20,880 bases of DNA from IMG/VR virus record IMGVR_UViG_3300029080_000072; one strand, given 5' to 3'. The notes beneath the pieces were generated by a model. It ran no database searches. It saw nothing but the letters and a program-made list of their open reading frames with translations, and was not told the DNA's origin. The position numbers and the translations under genes were made by a program. Below are positions 1-8,967 of the stretch, piece after piece; within the stretch, counting starts at the first letter, position 1, and each line of letters opens with the position of its first letter. The stretch comes from a virus (taxonomy: Duplodnaviria; Heunggongvirae; Uroviricota; Caudoviricetes).

Positions 1-522
1 TCCTGCGCTGGAAGACGCTGACTGAGCCGACGTCGCGGCCTGCCCGGCTGATGTGCTGGCTGCACGTGCTGAGCCTGTAGCATCAGTCGCATGGGTTGCC
101 GCCTCACGGGCTGATGTGCCGGCATCGCTGGCTGACTTCTTCGCGGCTGCCGTGTCCTGTGCCACTGCGGACGCGTTACGCGCCACCTCTTCCACCATCA
201 GTTCAAAGCGGCGCAGTGCCTCCGGACGGGCATCATCCTCCGTCATGGCACCGAGAAAATCATTCAGCGTACCCGGTTGTGAGTCTTCATACACGGTGAT
301 GGTCCCGGCATGCGATGGCGGGAAGCCTTCCACCAACAGAATAACGCTGTACTGACCGTACTCAACGTCCATGCTGTAACGCCCTGCTTCATCCGGATTT
401 TCAGATGCCACCGTGTTCACCACCACCGTGGTGCTGTTACGTTTTGCTTTCAGCTGGATTGTGCAGTTCTGTACTGGTTTACCTGCACCGTCTTTCAGTA
501 CACCTGAAATCTTTACTGCCAT
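1..522 (-). CDS. stf: Side tail fiber protein Stf, N-terminal part (C-terminus runs off the window start)
   Basis: Minus-strand translation from ATG at 522-520 gives MAVKISGVLKDGAGKPVQNCTIQLKAK..., continuing into the Ala/Ser/Thr-rich segment (...ASTSAGQAATSAQSASSSAG) with no stop before position 1; matches remembered lambda Stf N-terminus. Confidence 0.85.
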   Translation of the reverse strand, partial: MAVKISGVLKDGAGKPVQNCTIQLKAKRNSTTVVVNTVASENPDEAGRYSMDVEYGQYSVILLVEGFPPSHAGTITVYEDSQPGTLNDFLGAMTEDDARPEALRRFELMVEEVARNASAVAQDTAAAKKSASDAGTSAREAATHATDATGSARAASTSAGQAATSAQSASSSAG

Positions 523-532
523 ATTCACCCCA

Positions 533-560
533 CAAAAAAGCCCGCCTGAACCGGCGGGCT
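533..560 (-). terminator. Putative rho-independent terminator between lom remnant and stf
   Basis: GC stem gcccgcc/ggcgggc (540-559) followed on the minus strand by a T6 run (complement of 533-538). Confidence 0.5.
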
Positions 561-586
561 GTCATAACACTGTGTTACCTGGCTAA

Positions 587-1124
587 TCAGAACTTATAAC
601 CGACACCCACGATGAAACCGTCAGTGCGCCAGTCGCCACTGCCGGAGCCTTCATAAACAATATCAATGGCCACGGATTCGGTCGGGTTAAACTGCACGCC
701 AGCCCCCCACGCCAGAGACGTGTTGCTGCGGCGACCGTCATCACTTCCGGTCAGCACTTCGTGCGTTTTCCCCTTGTTGTCAGTTACGCGGAGATAATCC
801 CCGGAGAAAGTCGAAATACGGCTGTAAGCCACACCCGCCATCGCATACGCGCTGAACCATTCATTCACGCGCACAGACGGCCCCGCCATCACGCTGAACC
901 AGCGGTTACGCACGGAATCTTCATGCCAGCGGGTATCGCTGTAATGAGTCAGCTGGCGATTCTTGTCTTCTGCATAGCTGAATGACGTCACCATCCCCAG
1001 CGTGTCCGTAAACTCATAACGGTATTTCACGTTAATCCCGTTAAGATCATCGCTGCCGGGAACGTTCGTCGAGGCATGAAGATACCCCGCGCTCAGCGTG
1101 GACTGATGTTCAGACGCCCATGCA
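587..1124 (-). pseudogene. lom: lom (Ail/Lom outer membrane protein) remnant lacking start codon and most of the signal peptide
   Basis: In-frame translation gives ...SGAPAWASEHQSTLSAGYLHASTNVPGSDDLNGINVKYRYEFTDTLGMVTSF...GFIVGVGYKF, matching lambda Lom from the end of its signal peptide to the C-terminus; upstream of about 1124 the sequence switches to terminase A. Confidence 0.8.
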
Positions 1125-1380
1125 GGCGCACCGGATAACCGACACGGGCAGACTTCACCACATTCACCTCACGGATGTAGTCGCTGCCCATCGCATTCAT
1201 GATGGCCCGCTGAAAGGGCAGTGTTTCCCAGCGCCCTTCCTGGTATGCGGATTCTTTCGGGAGATAGTAATTAGCATCCGCCCATTCAACGGCAGTCTGT
1301 GGCTCCGGCCTGAACAGTGAGCGAAGCCCGGCGCGGACAAAATGCCGCAGCATGTTAACCTGACTGTTCGATATATTCAC
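1125..1380 (-). pseudogene. A: Terminase large subunit gpA, N-terminal ~85 codons only, fused out of frame to lom
   Basis: MNISNSQVNMLRHFVRAGLRSLFRPEPQTAVEWADANYYLPKESAYQEGRWETLPFQRAIMNAMGSDYIREVNVVKSARVGY matches the remembered lambda gpA N-terminus; after ARVGY the frame runs ~13 codons into out-of-frame lom sequence and stops at 1093. Confidence 0.85.
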
Positions 1381-1900
1381 TCAGCAACCCCGGTATCAGT
1401 TCATCCAGCGCGGCTGCTTTGTTCATGGCTTTGATGATATCCCGTTTCAGGAAATCAACATGTCGGTTTTCCAGTTCCGGAAAACGCCGCTGCACCGACA
1501 GGGGGATCCCGTCGAGAATACTGGCAATTTCACCTGCAATCCGCGACAGCACGAAAGAACAGAATGCGGTTTCCACCACTTCAGCGGAGTCTCTGGCATT
1601 TTTCAGCTCCTGTGCGTCGGCCTGCGCACGCGTAAGTCGATGGCGTTCGTACTCAATAGTCCCTGGCTGGAGATCTGTCTCGCTGGCCTGTCGCAGTTCT
1701 TCAACCTCCCGGCGCAGCTTTTCGTTCTCAATTTCAGCATCCCTTTCGGTATACCATTTTATGACGGCGGCAGAGTCATAAAGCACCTCATTACCCTTCC
1801 CACCGCCTCGCAGAACGGGCATTCCCTGCTCCTGCCAGTTCTGAATGGTACGGATACTCGCACCGAAAATGTCAGCCAGCTGCTTTTTGTTGACTTCCAT
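1355..1900 (-). CDS. nu1: Terminase small subunit Nu1
   Basis: 181-aa product MEVNKKQLADIFGASIRTIQNWQEQGMPVLRGGGKGNEVLYDSAAVIKWY... is near-identical to lambda Nu1; its 3' end overlaps the A start as in lambda. Confidence 0.92.
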   Translation of the reverse strand: MEVNKKQLADIFGASIRTIQNWQEQGMPVLRGGGKGNEVLYDSAAVIKWYTERDAEIENEKLRREVEELRQASETDLQPGTIEYERHRLTRAQADAQELKNARDSAEVVETAFCSFVLSRIAGEIASILDGIPLSVQRRFPELENRHVDFLKRDIIKAMNKAAALDELIPGLLSEYIEQSG

Positions 1901-1904
1901 TGTT

Positions 1905-2130
1905 CATTCCACGGACAAAAACAGAGAAAGGAAACGACAGAGGCCAAAAAGCCCGTTTTCAGCACCTGTCGCTTCCTTTCTTTTCAGAGGGTATTTTAAA
2001 TAAAAACATTAAGTTATGACGAAGAAGAACGGAAACGCCTTAAACCGGAAAATTTTCATAAATAGCGAAAACCCGCGAGGTCGCCGCCCCGTAACCTGTC
2101 GGATCGCCGGAAAGGACCCGCAAAATGATA
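1905..2130 (-). other. cos site (cosB terminase-binding R elements, cosN, cosQ side)
   Basis: Minus strand reads ggggcggcgacctcgcgggttttcgctatttatgaaaattttccggtttaaggcgtttccgttcttcttcgtcataacttaatg...; the 12-nt cohesive-end sequence GGGCGGCGACCT is the complement of 2078-2089; repeated cgtttcc R-type elements lie between it and nu1. Confidence 0.8.
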
Positions 2131-2288
2131 ATAATTATCATCTACATGTCACAACGTGCATCTACGTCATCAAACCACGTCAAATAATCAATTATGACGC
2201 AGGTATCGTATTAATTGATCTGCATCAACTTAACGTAAAAACAACTTCAGACAATACAAATCAGCGACACTGAATACGGGGCAACCTC

Positions 2289-2483
2289 ATGTCAACTAAG
2301 AACAGAACCCGCAGAACAACAACCCGCAACATCCGCTTTCCTAACCAAATGATTGAACAAATTAACATCGCTCTTGAGCAAAAAGGGTCTGGGAATTTCT
2401 CAGCCTGGGTCATTGAAGCCTGCCGTCGGAGACTAACGTCAGAAAAGAGAGCATATACATCAATCCAAAGTGATGATGAATAA
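2289..2483 (+). CDS. Small conserved ORF near the lambda right end (hypothetical)
   Basis: 64-aa ORF MSTKNRTRRTTTRNIRFPNQMIEQINIALEQKGSGNFSAWVIEACRRRL...; the DNA resembles the lambda right-end region as remembered; function unknown. Confidence 0.4.
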   Translation: MSTKNRTRRTTTRNIRFPNQMIEQINIALEQKGSGNFSAWVIEACRRRLTSEKRAYTSIQSDDE

Positions 2484-2848
2484 ACATCCCGGTTTCTTCC
2501 ACCATCGCACCGGAAAAGCGACTATGAGGGTAACCCTGCGTCTGTCAGCACAGTAAAACCCGGTGTGCATCGTTTTTGATTATTCCCGCACACTCACGCA
2601 GAAGGAATTCCCCGTCGGGCTACGGTCATGGTTAATGCGGGAATACGGCGACGATACAGCGCAGCTAAAAGGGTAATGGACAGATAGAGCGGTTTATTTC
2701 ATTCCACAGGATTCTGAGTGCCCCCCTCCTCCAATAGGCTGAGCATCCACCTATATAGTTTTAGTTTTAATTTTCATCAATCCATTTAACTATCGTTTAA
2801 TTGTTGTCACATAGGATTCTGCCGTTTTTAACAATGCAGGATAATAAG

Positions 2849-3142
2849 ATGAAAAAAATGTTGTTTTCTGCCGCTCTGGCAATGCTTATTACAGGATGTG
2901 CTCAACAGACGTTTACTGTTGGAAACAAACCGACAGCAGTAACACCAAAGGAAACCATCACCCATCATTTCTTCGTTTCGGGAATTGGACAGGAGAAAAC
3001 TGTTGATGCAGCCAAAATTTGTGGCGGCGCAGAAAATGTTGTTAAAACAGAAACCCAGCAAACATTCGTAAATGGATTGCTCGGTTTTATTACTTTAGGC
3101 ATTTATACTCCGCTGGAAGCGCGGGTGTATTGCTCACAATAA
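2849..3142 (+). CDS. bor: Bor lipoprotein (serum-resistance lipoprotein)
   Basis: MKKMLFSAALAMLITGCAQQTFTV...GIYTPLEARVYCSQ has a lipobox (LITGC) and matches remembered lambda Bor; AGGA precedes the ATG at 2849; the tracked ORF start at 2801 is an upstream extension. Confidence 0.9.
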   Translation: MKKMLFSAALAMLITGCAQQTFTVGNKPTAVTPKETITHHFFVSGIGQEKTVDAAKICGGAENVVKTETQQTFVNGLLGFITLGIYTPLEARVYCSQ

Positions 3143-3152
3143 TTGCATGAGT

Positions 3153-3170
3153 TGCCCATCGACATGGGCA
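3153..3170. terminator. Hairpin between convergent bor and Rz (possible bidirectional terminator)
   Basis: tgcccat-cgac-atgggca inverted repeat; no strong T-tract on either side. Confidence 0.3.
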
Positions 3171-3173
3171 GCT

Positions 3174-3635
3174 CTATCTGCACTGCTCATTAATATACTT
3201 CTGGGTTCCTTCCAGTTGTTTTTGCATAGTGATCAGCCTCTCTCTGAGGGTGAAATAATCCCGTTCAGCGGTGTCTGCCAGTCGGGGGGAGGCTGCATTA
3301 TCCACGCCGGAGGCGGTGGTGGCTTCACGCACTGACTGACAGACTGCTTTGATGTGCAACCGACGACGACCAGCGGCAACACCATCACGCAGAGCATCAT
3401 TTTCAGCTTTCGCATTAGCTAACTCCTTCGTGTATTTTTCATCCAGTGCAGCAACATCACGCTGGCGCATCTGCATGTCAGTAATTGCCGCGTTCGCCAG
3501 CTTCAGTTCTCTGGCATTTTTGTCGCGCTGGGCTTTGTAGGTAATGGCGTTATCACGGTAATGATTAACAGCCCATGACAGGCAGACGATGATGCAGATA
3601 ACCAGAGCGGAGATAATCGCGGTTACTCTGTTCAT
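3174..3635 (-). CDS. Rz: Rz i-spanin
   Basis: [45 protein letters not shown]...QKYINEQCR is near-identical to lambda Rz; its ATG (3635-3633) overlaps the R stop. Confidence 0.9.
   Translation of the reverse strand: MNRVTAIISALVICIIVCLSWAVNHYRDNAITYKAQRDKNARELKLANAAITDMQMRQRDVAALDEKYTKELANAKAENDALRDGVAAGRRRLHIKAVCQSVREATTASGVDNAASPRLADTAERDYFTLRERLITMQKQLEGTQKYINEQCR
3233..3415 (-). CDS. Rz1: Rz1 o-spanin lipoprotein, embedded in Rz in another frame
   Basis: [60 protein letters not shown]: lipobox and proline-rich segment, matches lambda Rz1. Confidence 0.85.
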   Translation of the reverse strand: MRKLKMMLCVMVLPLVVVGCTSKQSVSQCVKPPPPPAWIMQPPPDWQTPLNGIISPSERG

Positions 3636-4129
3636 TGCTGACCCCACAAACAGATTTCACGCTCAATCTCACGACGAGTCATGAGACCTTTCCATTGCTT
3701 ACCGCCAGCATATGTCCAGCGACGTAGCTGATCACATGCGCCTTTGATATCGCCCTGGTTTATTTTGCGAAGAAGCGTCGATGTTCTGAAATTGCCAGCG
3801 CCCACGTTGTAAACGAACGAGTAAAGAGCGCCGCGCGTTGTTTCCGGTATATCAACTTTTATGTACGGGTTAATTTGTCTGGCGACCGTGGCAAGGTCTT
3901 TATTCAGGAGGGCTTTGCATTCTGCTTTGGTATACGTTTTACCGAGCATGATGTCTTTTCCTGTATGCCCGTGACATACAGTCCATACACCAACAATATC
4001 TTTGTATGGTATGTAGCTGACACCTTCCAGACCATCGTTACCACTTGGGCCAGTGATTAACACTGATGCTATAGCAATTGCTCCGCCACCAATAGCAGCA
4101 GCAACGGCTTTTCGTAATGATGGAGGCAT
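3632..4129 (-). CDS. R: SAR endolysin, phage-21/DLP12 RrrD type (T4-lysozyme-like)
   Basis: [59 protein letters not shown]... has an N-terminal Gly/Ala-rich signal-anchor-release segment followed by a lysozyme-like body; matches remembered R21/RrrD. Confidence 0.9.
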   Translation of the reverse strand: MPPSLRKAVAAAIGGGAIAIASVLITGPSGNDGLEGVSYIPYKDIVGVWTVCHGHTGKDIMLGKTYTKAECKALLNKDLATVARQINPYIKVDIPETTRGALYSFVYNVGAGNFRTSTLLRKINQGDIKGACDQLRRWTYAGGKQWKGLMTRREIEREICLWGQQ

Positions 4130-4344
4130 TATTCACCTCTCGCAGCCTTGCGCTTATCTTCTTTAATCTTGAAATAAAGGTTTGTCAGGTACGTCAGCAG
4201 GCCAAATACCAGGCTACCCAGCACACCTATTGCTGCCCACTGTGAGGGCGTGACTTTATCGAGCAGCTGTAAAAACCAGTAACCGGCACTACCTGCTGAG
4301 GTGCCATAGGCGACACCCGTTGTTAACTTATCCATGGATTTCAT
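4129..4344 (-). CDS. S: Class II holin (pinholin, S21/EssD type) with dual-start motif MKSM
   Basis: [71 protein letters not shown]; ATGs at 4344 and 4335 (Met1/Met4); GAGGTGGGG Shine-Dalgarno upstream; the tracked ORF start at 4389 is an extension. Confidence 0.85.
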
Positions 4345-4389
4345 AACCCCACCTCGCAGACAAAGCGGGTGTAAATTGAGGGAATACAA

Positions 4390-4932
4390 CGTATCGCAAA
4401 AAAGCAGAAACGTAACAGACTCGGAGTCAGTGAATAACTCAGGTATTGAGTTATCAGCTAATATCGAGACTCAAAAAATGGAAAAACCAGCTCGACGGCG
4501 GGTTTAAGCTGTGTGACGAAGTAACCACTCTTAACAGCATAACCAATTTTTTACGTACGTAAACCACTGAATGATATTTATGAGAATGCTACCGAGTGTT
4601 CAAAACACCACCACAAATACATAAGAAAACCTCAACAAATAACCAATAAATAATTTCAGACGTTATTTTTAGTTGATTTAAATTAAACTGCCGAATTATA
4701 GAACCTCCATAAATAACAACCATTAATATAAATTAGCTAATAGGTTTATTTTTGTTCAAATAAGAGCCATAAATAGGTTTCGATAGAAAAAGTTCAGATA
4801 AAAATAGAGATCTACTTCACAAATTAAATGAGAAACTAAAACTTACATCTTGAAATAATCACATTGATTAGATGAATATTTATCGCGCAGTGACATCATT
4901 TTTTAATAATAGTTCAAAAAAAAGGGCTCACG
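4390..4932 (+). promoter_or_regulatory. AT-rich ~540-bp upstream region of the porin gene (promoter/regulatory, exact elements not resolved)
   Basis: Very AT-rich non-coding stretch directly upstream of the porin ATG; AAGGG precedes the start. Confidence 0.4.
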
Positions 4933-6015
4933 ATGAAAAAATTAACAGTGGCAATTTCTGCTGTAGCTGCATCAGTACTGATGGCGATGTCTGCTCAGGC
5001 AGCTGAAATTTATAATAAAGACAGTAACAAGCTGGATCTATATGGGAAAGTTAATGCCAAGCACTACTTCTCCTCTAATGATGCAGATGATGGTGATACT
5101 ACTTATGCCCGTCTTGGCTTCAAAGGTGAAACCCAAATCAACGATCAACTGACTGGTTTCGGTCAGTGGGAATATGAATTCAAAGGCAACCGCGCTGAAT
5201 CTCAAGGCTCCTCCAAAGACAAAACCCGTCTTGCATTTGCAGGCCTGAAATTCGGGGACTACGGCTCAATCGATTACGGCCGTAACTACGGTGTAGCATA
5301 TGACATCGGTGCGTGGACTGACGTTCTGCCAGAATTCGGTGGCGATACCTGGACCCAAACAGATGTGTTCATGACTGGTCGCACCACTGGTGTTGCAACT
5401 TATCGTAACAACGACTTCTTTGGTCTGGTTGATGGTCTGAACTTTGCTGCTCAGTATCAGGGTAAAAATGACCGCACTGACGTAACTGAAGCTAATGGTG
5501 ATGGTTTCGGTTTCTCCACTACTTATGAGTATGAAGGATTCGGTGTAGGTGCAACCTATGCTAAATCTGACCGCACTAATAATCAGGTTATCTACGGTAA
5601 CAACAGCCTGAATGCATCTGGTCAAAATGCTGAAGTATGGGCAGCTGGTCTGAAATATGATGCGAACAACATCTATCTGGCTACCACCTATTCTGAAACC
5701 CAGAACATGACTGTTTTTGGTAATAACCATATTGCCAACAAAGCACAAAACTTCGAAGTAGTTGCACAATATCAGTTCGACTTCGGTCTGCGTCCGTCCG
5801 TTGCTTACCTGCAATCTAAAGGAAAAGACTTGGGTGCGTGGGGTGATCAGGACCTGGTTGAATATATTGATGTAGGTGCAACCTATTACTTCAACAAAAA
5901 TATGTCCACTTTTGTTGATTACAAAATCAACCTGATTGATAAGAGCGATTTCACGAAAGCATCTGGCGTTGCTACCGATGATATCGTTGCTGTAGGTATG
6001 GTTTACCAGTTCTAA
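4933..6015 (+). CDS. nmpC: OmpC/OmpF-family general porin (phage-borne NmpC/Lc-like), apparently intact
   Basis: 360 aa with signal peptide [23 protein letters not shown], typical porin beta-strand pattern and C-terminal ...VGMVYQF; matches remembered NmpC/Lc. Confidence 0.9.
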   Translation: MKKLTVAISAVAASVLMAMSAQAAEIYNKDSNKLDLYGKVNAKHYFSSNDADDGDTTYARLGFKGETQINDQLTGFGQWEYEFKGNRAESQGSSKDKTRLAFAGLKFGDYGSIDYGRNYGVAYDIGAWTDVLPEFGGDTWTQTDVFMTGRTTGVATYRNNDFFGLVDGLNFAAQYQGKNDRTDVTEANGDGFGFSTTYEYEGFGVGATYAKSDRTNNQVIYGNNSLNASGQNAEVWAAGLKYDANNIYLATTYSETQNMTVFGNNHIANKAQNFEVVAQYQFDFGLRPSVAYLQSKGKDLGAWGDQDLVEYIDVGATYYFNKNMSTFVDYKINLIDKSDFTKASGVATDDIVAVGMVYQF

Positions 6016-6133
6016 TTTGATTACTAAAAGATATGTTGCGGGAGGCTTTGCCTCCCCAACATATAAGTGGCTCCCTCAAGCCACTTCCTTTAGGAGCACA
6101 ACCTTGCTTCTAACTATATAAACCTTCTGTTAT

Positions 6134-6164
6134 ATATTACCCTTTATTTTTGGGGGCGTTGCAA
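6134..6164 (-). promoter_or_regulatory. Candidate late promoter downstream of Q (-35 TTGCAA, -10 TAATAT on minus strand)
   Basis: On the minus strand ttgcaa, a 19-nt spacer, then taatat, about 40-70 bp downstream of the Q stop; further hairpins at 6040-6057 and 6060-6081 could be the Q-modified terminator. Pattern-based only. Confidence 0.3.
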
Positions 6165-6176
6165 CGCCCCATTTTT
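6153..6176 (+). terminator. Rho-independent terminator downstream of porin
   Basis: ggggcgttgcaacgcccc hairpin followed by attttt. Confidence 0.6.
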
Positions 6177-6203
6177 AATAATTTTTAGTAAACAATTGGC
6201 ATA

Positions 6204-6587
6204 TTAATTAGAGTTATTAACAACGATATCCATCTCTAACCGGATATCTAATGCCATTAACATCCCTTCAATTATGCCCTCAGCCTTCTGTAACCTTTTC
6301 CCGATATAACCATCAGAGCAGCAATGCTTACCTGCCAGTGACATGAATGTCATACCGACTACATAATAATCTACTAATAAATCGTGCAAATCGCTGTTGT
6401 TCTTTTTCAGACGGGCCATGCACCCGCAAATAATCATCGCGTCATCGTCACAACATTGCGGGCGAGATTTTACTTTTGAAGTAATTAATCCCTTAAAACC
6501 GGCGGCAATGGACGACCAGGTCACATCTTCATGATTATTAGCCGCCCACGCTCCCCAACGCTCAAGAACCATCTGAATATCACGCAT
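6204..6587 (-). CDS. Q: Late antiterminator Q (phage-82/DLP12 QuuD type)
   Basis: [62 protein letters not shown]... matches remembered QuuD (127 aa); ATG at 6587 with upstream GGAG; the tracked 6602 start is TTG. Confidence 0.85.
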   Translation of the reverse strand: MRDIQMVLERWGAWAANNHEDVTWSSIAAGFKGLITSKVKSRPQCCDDDAMIICGCMARLKKNNSDLHDLLVDYYVVGMTFMSLAGKHCCSDGYIGKRLQKAEGIIEGMLMALDIRLEMDIVVNNSN

Positions 6588-6809
6588 CAACTTACTCCAC
6601 AAAAATCAGACCAGAACGCCAATTACAAGCAAAAATCAACAAAACAGTATTAGTTGATTGTTATCTCTGACTTCATACTCCTGCTCCTGTCAGGGTTTTG
6701 GCGTAATTCTTCAGTATTCGGTAATCGGTCAAAACAGAACCGGGGAAACGATATAAGCGCAGATGCCCCCAGCGGTGGCGAAGAAGTTCTGCCATATAAA
6801 ACTCAAACA

Positions 6810-7172
6810 TCATTCATTCCCCATTTCGGTGATGGTCAGTTCCAGCCTCCCACCTTTGGTAACAGGCATCTTCACAACGCGGTAATCAACGACCTGAGCA
6901 TCATCCAGCCAGAAACCTGCTTTGGTGAGTGCGTCAAAAGCGGCTTTTTGCAGATTATCCAGGTCACGGCGACGGCGATCCGGCATGTGGCACTCAATAC
7001 GGATTTTCACTGGCATAGCCAGGCCGATATCCAGCATTGCGTTTTTAATGATTCGGGTGACGTTATCGCGGTATGCCTGCCCTTCTGCGCTGATGTGCGT
7101 GCGCCCGCGATTATGGCGGTAATAGCGATTATTGCTCGGAGGCCAGGGTAATGTGATGCTGTAGGTATTCAC
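6810..7172 (-). CDS. rusA: Holliday junction resolvase RusA
   Basis: [120 protein letters not shown] (120 aa). Confidence 0.92.
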   Translation of the reverse strand: MNTYSITLPWPPSNNRYYRHNRGRTHISAEGQAYRDNVTRIIKNAMLDIGLAMPVKIRIECHMPDRRRRDLDNLQKAAFDALTKAGFWLDDAQVVDYRVVKMPVTKGGRLELTITEMGNE

Positions 7173-7459
7173 GCCTTAATAACCCCCTCTTTCAGCCAGA
7201 TAACCTGTGTTCTCGCCATACCTTCCAGCGCGCATTCTTTTGCATATGCAGCATCGACAAAATGTGTGCGGCGGTCGATTTCGTCGTGGCAGGCAGAACA
7301 TGCAATGGTGGCAATCAGGTCTGGCGGTTTGATACCGGTACCGCACAATCCAGCCAGCCGGATATGTGCCAGTACAGACGTTTCAGAATTGCCATTACAT
7401 ACGCCAGGGATTCTTACCTGGCATTCCCGACCACGCGCTGCTTTTCTCAAATCAGCCAT
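7169..7459 (-). CDS. ybcO: YbcO-family protein (DUF1364, nin-region putative nuclease)
   Basis: [64 protein letters not shown]...; ATG at 7459 preceded by AGGAGG; matches remembered DLP12 YbcO. Confidence 0.85.
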   Translation of the reverse strand: MADLRKAARGRECQVRIPGVCNGNSETSVLAHIRLAGLCGTGIKPPDLIATIACSACHDEIDRRTHFVDAAYAKECALEGMARTQVIWLKEGVIKA

Positions 7460-7622
7460 GATTCCTCCTTGCTGCCAGTCGCAACCATTTTTTATCAACC
7501 AGGCTGGCGGTATATCCGAGCAGAGTTGGTATTTCGGATGGCTTCAGCTCAGGTTTACGCTTACGACGATTTGGTACTTTGTAGATGTGTCCGTTCATGA
7601 CACGAATAAGCGGTGTAGCCAT
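7452..7622 (-). CDS. ninE: NinE
   Basis: [56 protein letters not shown]; ATG at 7622 overlaps the ybcN stop. Confidence 0.85.
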   Translation of the reverse strand: MATPLIRVMNGHIYKVPNRRKRKPELKPSEIPTLLGYTASLVDKKWLRLAARRNHG

Positions 7623-8077
7623 TACGCCTCCTGCTTGTCGCGCAGCAGCTGGAACTCGCAGCGCTGCGGAATAGTCAGGTGGCAACCAATATTCATCGCC
7701 CAGGCTTCAACCTTACACAGGAAGACATACATCTCTCCGGTATCAAGATCGGAGGTATGGCGTAACGACTGGATAGTGGTGATATCACCGGTTACGACAT
7801 CAACCAGTTCTTTGGTTTCATAACCGAGATAAGTGTGTTTCAGAGCATCCTTCACCCACTCTGGCGTAGCGAAAGTCTTACCCCGGCTGATGAGGTATTC
7901 GCTGATTTCGGTGTACCACATGTGGCTTAAGCTATTTTGAGACAGGCTGCGCTTATCGCGCCATGGCTTCAGTACCATGCGGAAGCACTTGCCGTCCTCC
8001 AGATAAGGCTGGAGCTGCTGACCGATAGCGGTGAAGTTACCGCGATGAAGTTTGATGCCGTCTTGTGGGAGGTTCAC
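7622..8077 (-). CDS. ybcN: YbcN-family protein (DLP12 ybcN homolog)
   Basis: [62 protein letters not shown]... (151 aa) matches remembered YbcN. Confidence 0.85.
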   Translation of the reverse strand: MNLPQDGIKLHRGNFTAIGQQLQPYLEDGKCFRMVLKPWRDKRSLSQNSLSHMWYTEISEYLISRGKTFATPEWVKDALKHTYLGYETKELVDVVTGDITTIQSLRHTSDLDTGEMYVFLCKVEAWAMNIGCHLTIPQRCEFQLLRDKQEA

Positions 8078-8198
8078 GCTTCACCTCCGCAGAGGTCAAA
8101 CGCTGGATGCAAAAAATCGCAGGTGCATTTCTGCATCTGTGGCGGGAGAAGAGAGTTTAGATTGTATGTGCGCATAAACGTCCCCGTTTAGCGCAGAA

Positions 8199-8227
8199 GT
8201 CACCGGAGTTGTTCAGGCTCCGGTGAC
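8199..8227. other. Strong 10-bp-stem hairpin in the spacer between the NADAR gene and ybcN
   Basis: gtcaccggag ... ctccggtgac perfect inverted repeat with ~9-nt loop; no adjacent U-tract. Confidence 0.4.
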
Positions 8228-8337
8228 ATGATTATGGCTGGTTGATTATAGAAAATCAAAAACCTTTTATGGCAACAAAAAAACGCCGAGGGAGGTACGC
8301 CAGTTAATTTATGGAAGAAAATGCCCCAGATGGAACG

Positions 8338-8967
8338 CTAAAACAAGGATAAACTTTGCCCTGCTCCAGGCGTTGGCTTTACAAATGTTACATCTTTAAT
8401 TCTTTCGCCTAGGAGAAAAAATTTGTCCAAAGATAGCGATGGTATTGTTGCAAACCCATCAGCCCCCTTTTTCCTAGCAACCCCTCTCACGTCCATGAGA
8501 ATTCGCCCTAATACGTTCATACCATAATAGTTACCTTCTGGGTCTTTACTGGCACCCCAGAATTGGTCCTTCTCTGAGTGTTCCACGATGAAATGGTCGC
8601 CTGTACTGTCTAACAGCGCAAAGAACGTATCCCAGTTCTGGCATAATTTTACGCATACACACCACTTCATAATCGAAACTCGATTCTTATCCCATCCTGC
8701 GCGAGTTTTGGATTCAAACGATCTTGCGGTCTGCTTGGCTTCATAGGGGTTTCCTTGAGTAATGATGGCCTTTTGTATATCCGGATAGTCTGGATATCGG
8801 CATGCTTGGTAAAGGATTTCACTTGATTGAATAGGCAACCCATTGATTAACAATGGATATCCTTTAGCCATGTTGGAAAGCCCCCCCCATTTTTCGGTGG
8901 TTTTCCTGAAGGAAACTGTGTTCTGTAGCGGATATAATCTATAGCTCATACCACTCATTATACCCAT
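8338..8967 (-). CDS. NADAR (YbiA/DUF1768-like) domain protein, predicted N-glycosidic/ADP-ribosyl hydrolase
   Basis: Motif pattern GGLSNM ... IQSSEILYQACRY ... IVEHSEKDQFWGA ... G.N.LGRILMDVR parallels E. coli YbiA (FSNF ... TSEHYFQAQKF ... VEHTENDAYWGDG ... GKNRLGYLLMELR); start ambiguous among ATGs at 8967, 8958, 8949, all overlapping the upstream gene. Confidence 0.7.
   Translation of the reverse strand: MGIMSGMSYRLYPLQNTVSFRKTTEKWGGLSNMAKGYPLLINGLPIQSSEILYQACRYPDYPDIQKAIITQGNPYEAKQTARSFESKTRAGWDKNRVSIMKWCVCVKLCQNWDTFFALLDSTGDHFIVEHSEKDQFWGASKDPEGNYYGMNVLGRILMDVRGVARKKGADGFATIPSLSLDKFFLLGERIKDVTFVKPTPGAGQSLSLF

Noticed and set aside
53-599. Several plus-strand ORFs (53..355, 96..299, 310..507, 405..599)
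   Set aside because: Lie antisense to the stf coding region, which translates cleanly on the minus strand to the known Stf N-terminus.
1419-1999. Plus-strand ORFs 1419..1781 and 1460..1999
   Set aside because: Antisense to nu1 and extending into cos.
2016-2273. 85-aa plus-strand ORF
   Set aside because: Overlaps the cos site (cosB/cosN) and has no convincing ribosome-binding site; most likely a non-coding frame across the packaging signal.
4390-4932. Possible insertion sequence or mobile element in the AT-rich block upstream of the porin
   Set aside because: No terminal inverted repeats, no transposase-length ORF; looks like an AT-rich promoter region.
5266-5814. 182-aa minus-strand ORF
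   Set aside because: Antisense shadow frame inside the porin gene, which has far better coding support.
6040-6081. Two hairpins (gggaggc...gcctccc and aagtggc...gccactt) in the porin-Q spacer as tRNA or small RNA gene
   Set aside because: No cloverleaf or conserved tRNA features; more plausibly part of the late-promoter/terminator architecture.
6691-6795. Small minus-strand ORF (~34 aa) between rusA and Q
   Set aside because: Could correspond to a small ylcG-like gene known in this position in DLP12, but I could not verify the sequence from memory and it has no clear ribosome-binding site.
6654-7151. 165-aa plus-strand ORF
   Set aside because: Antisense shadow overlapping rusA.
7266-7823. 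185-aa plus-strand ORF (and 7262..7600)
   Set aside because: Antisense shadows across ybcO/ninE/ybcN.
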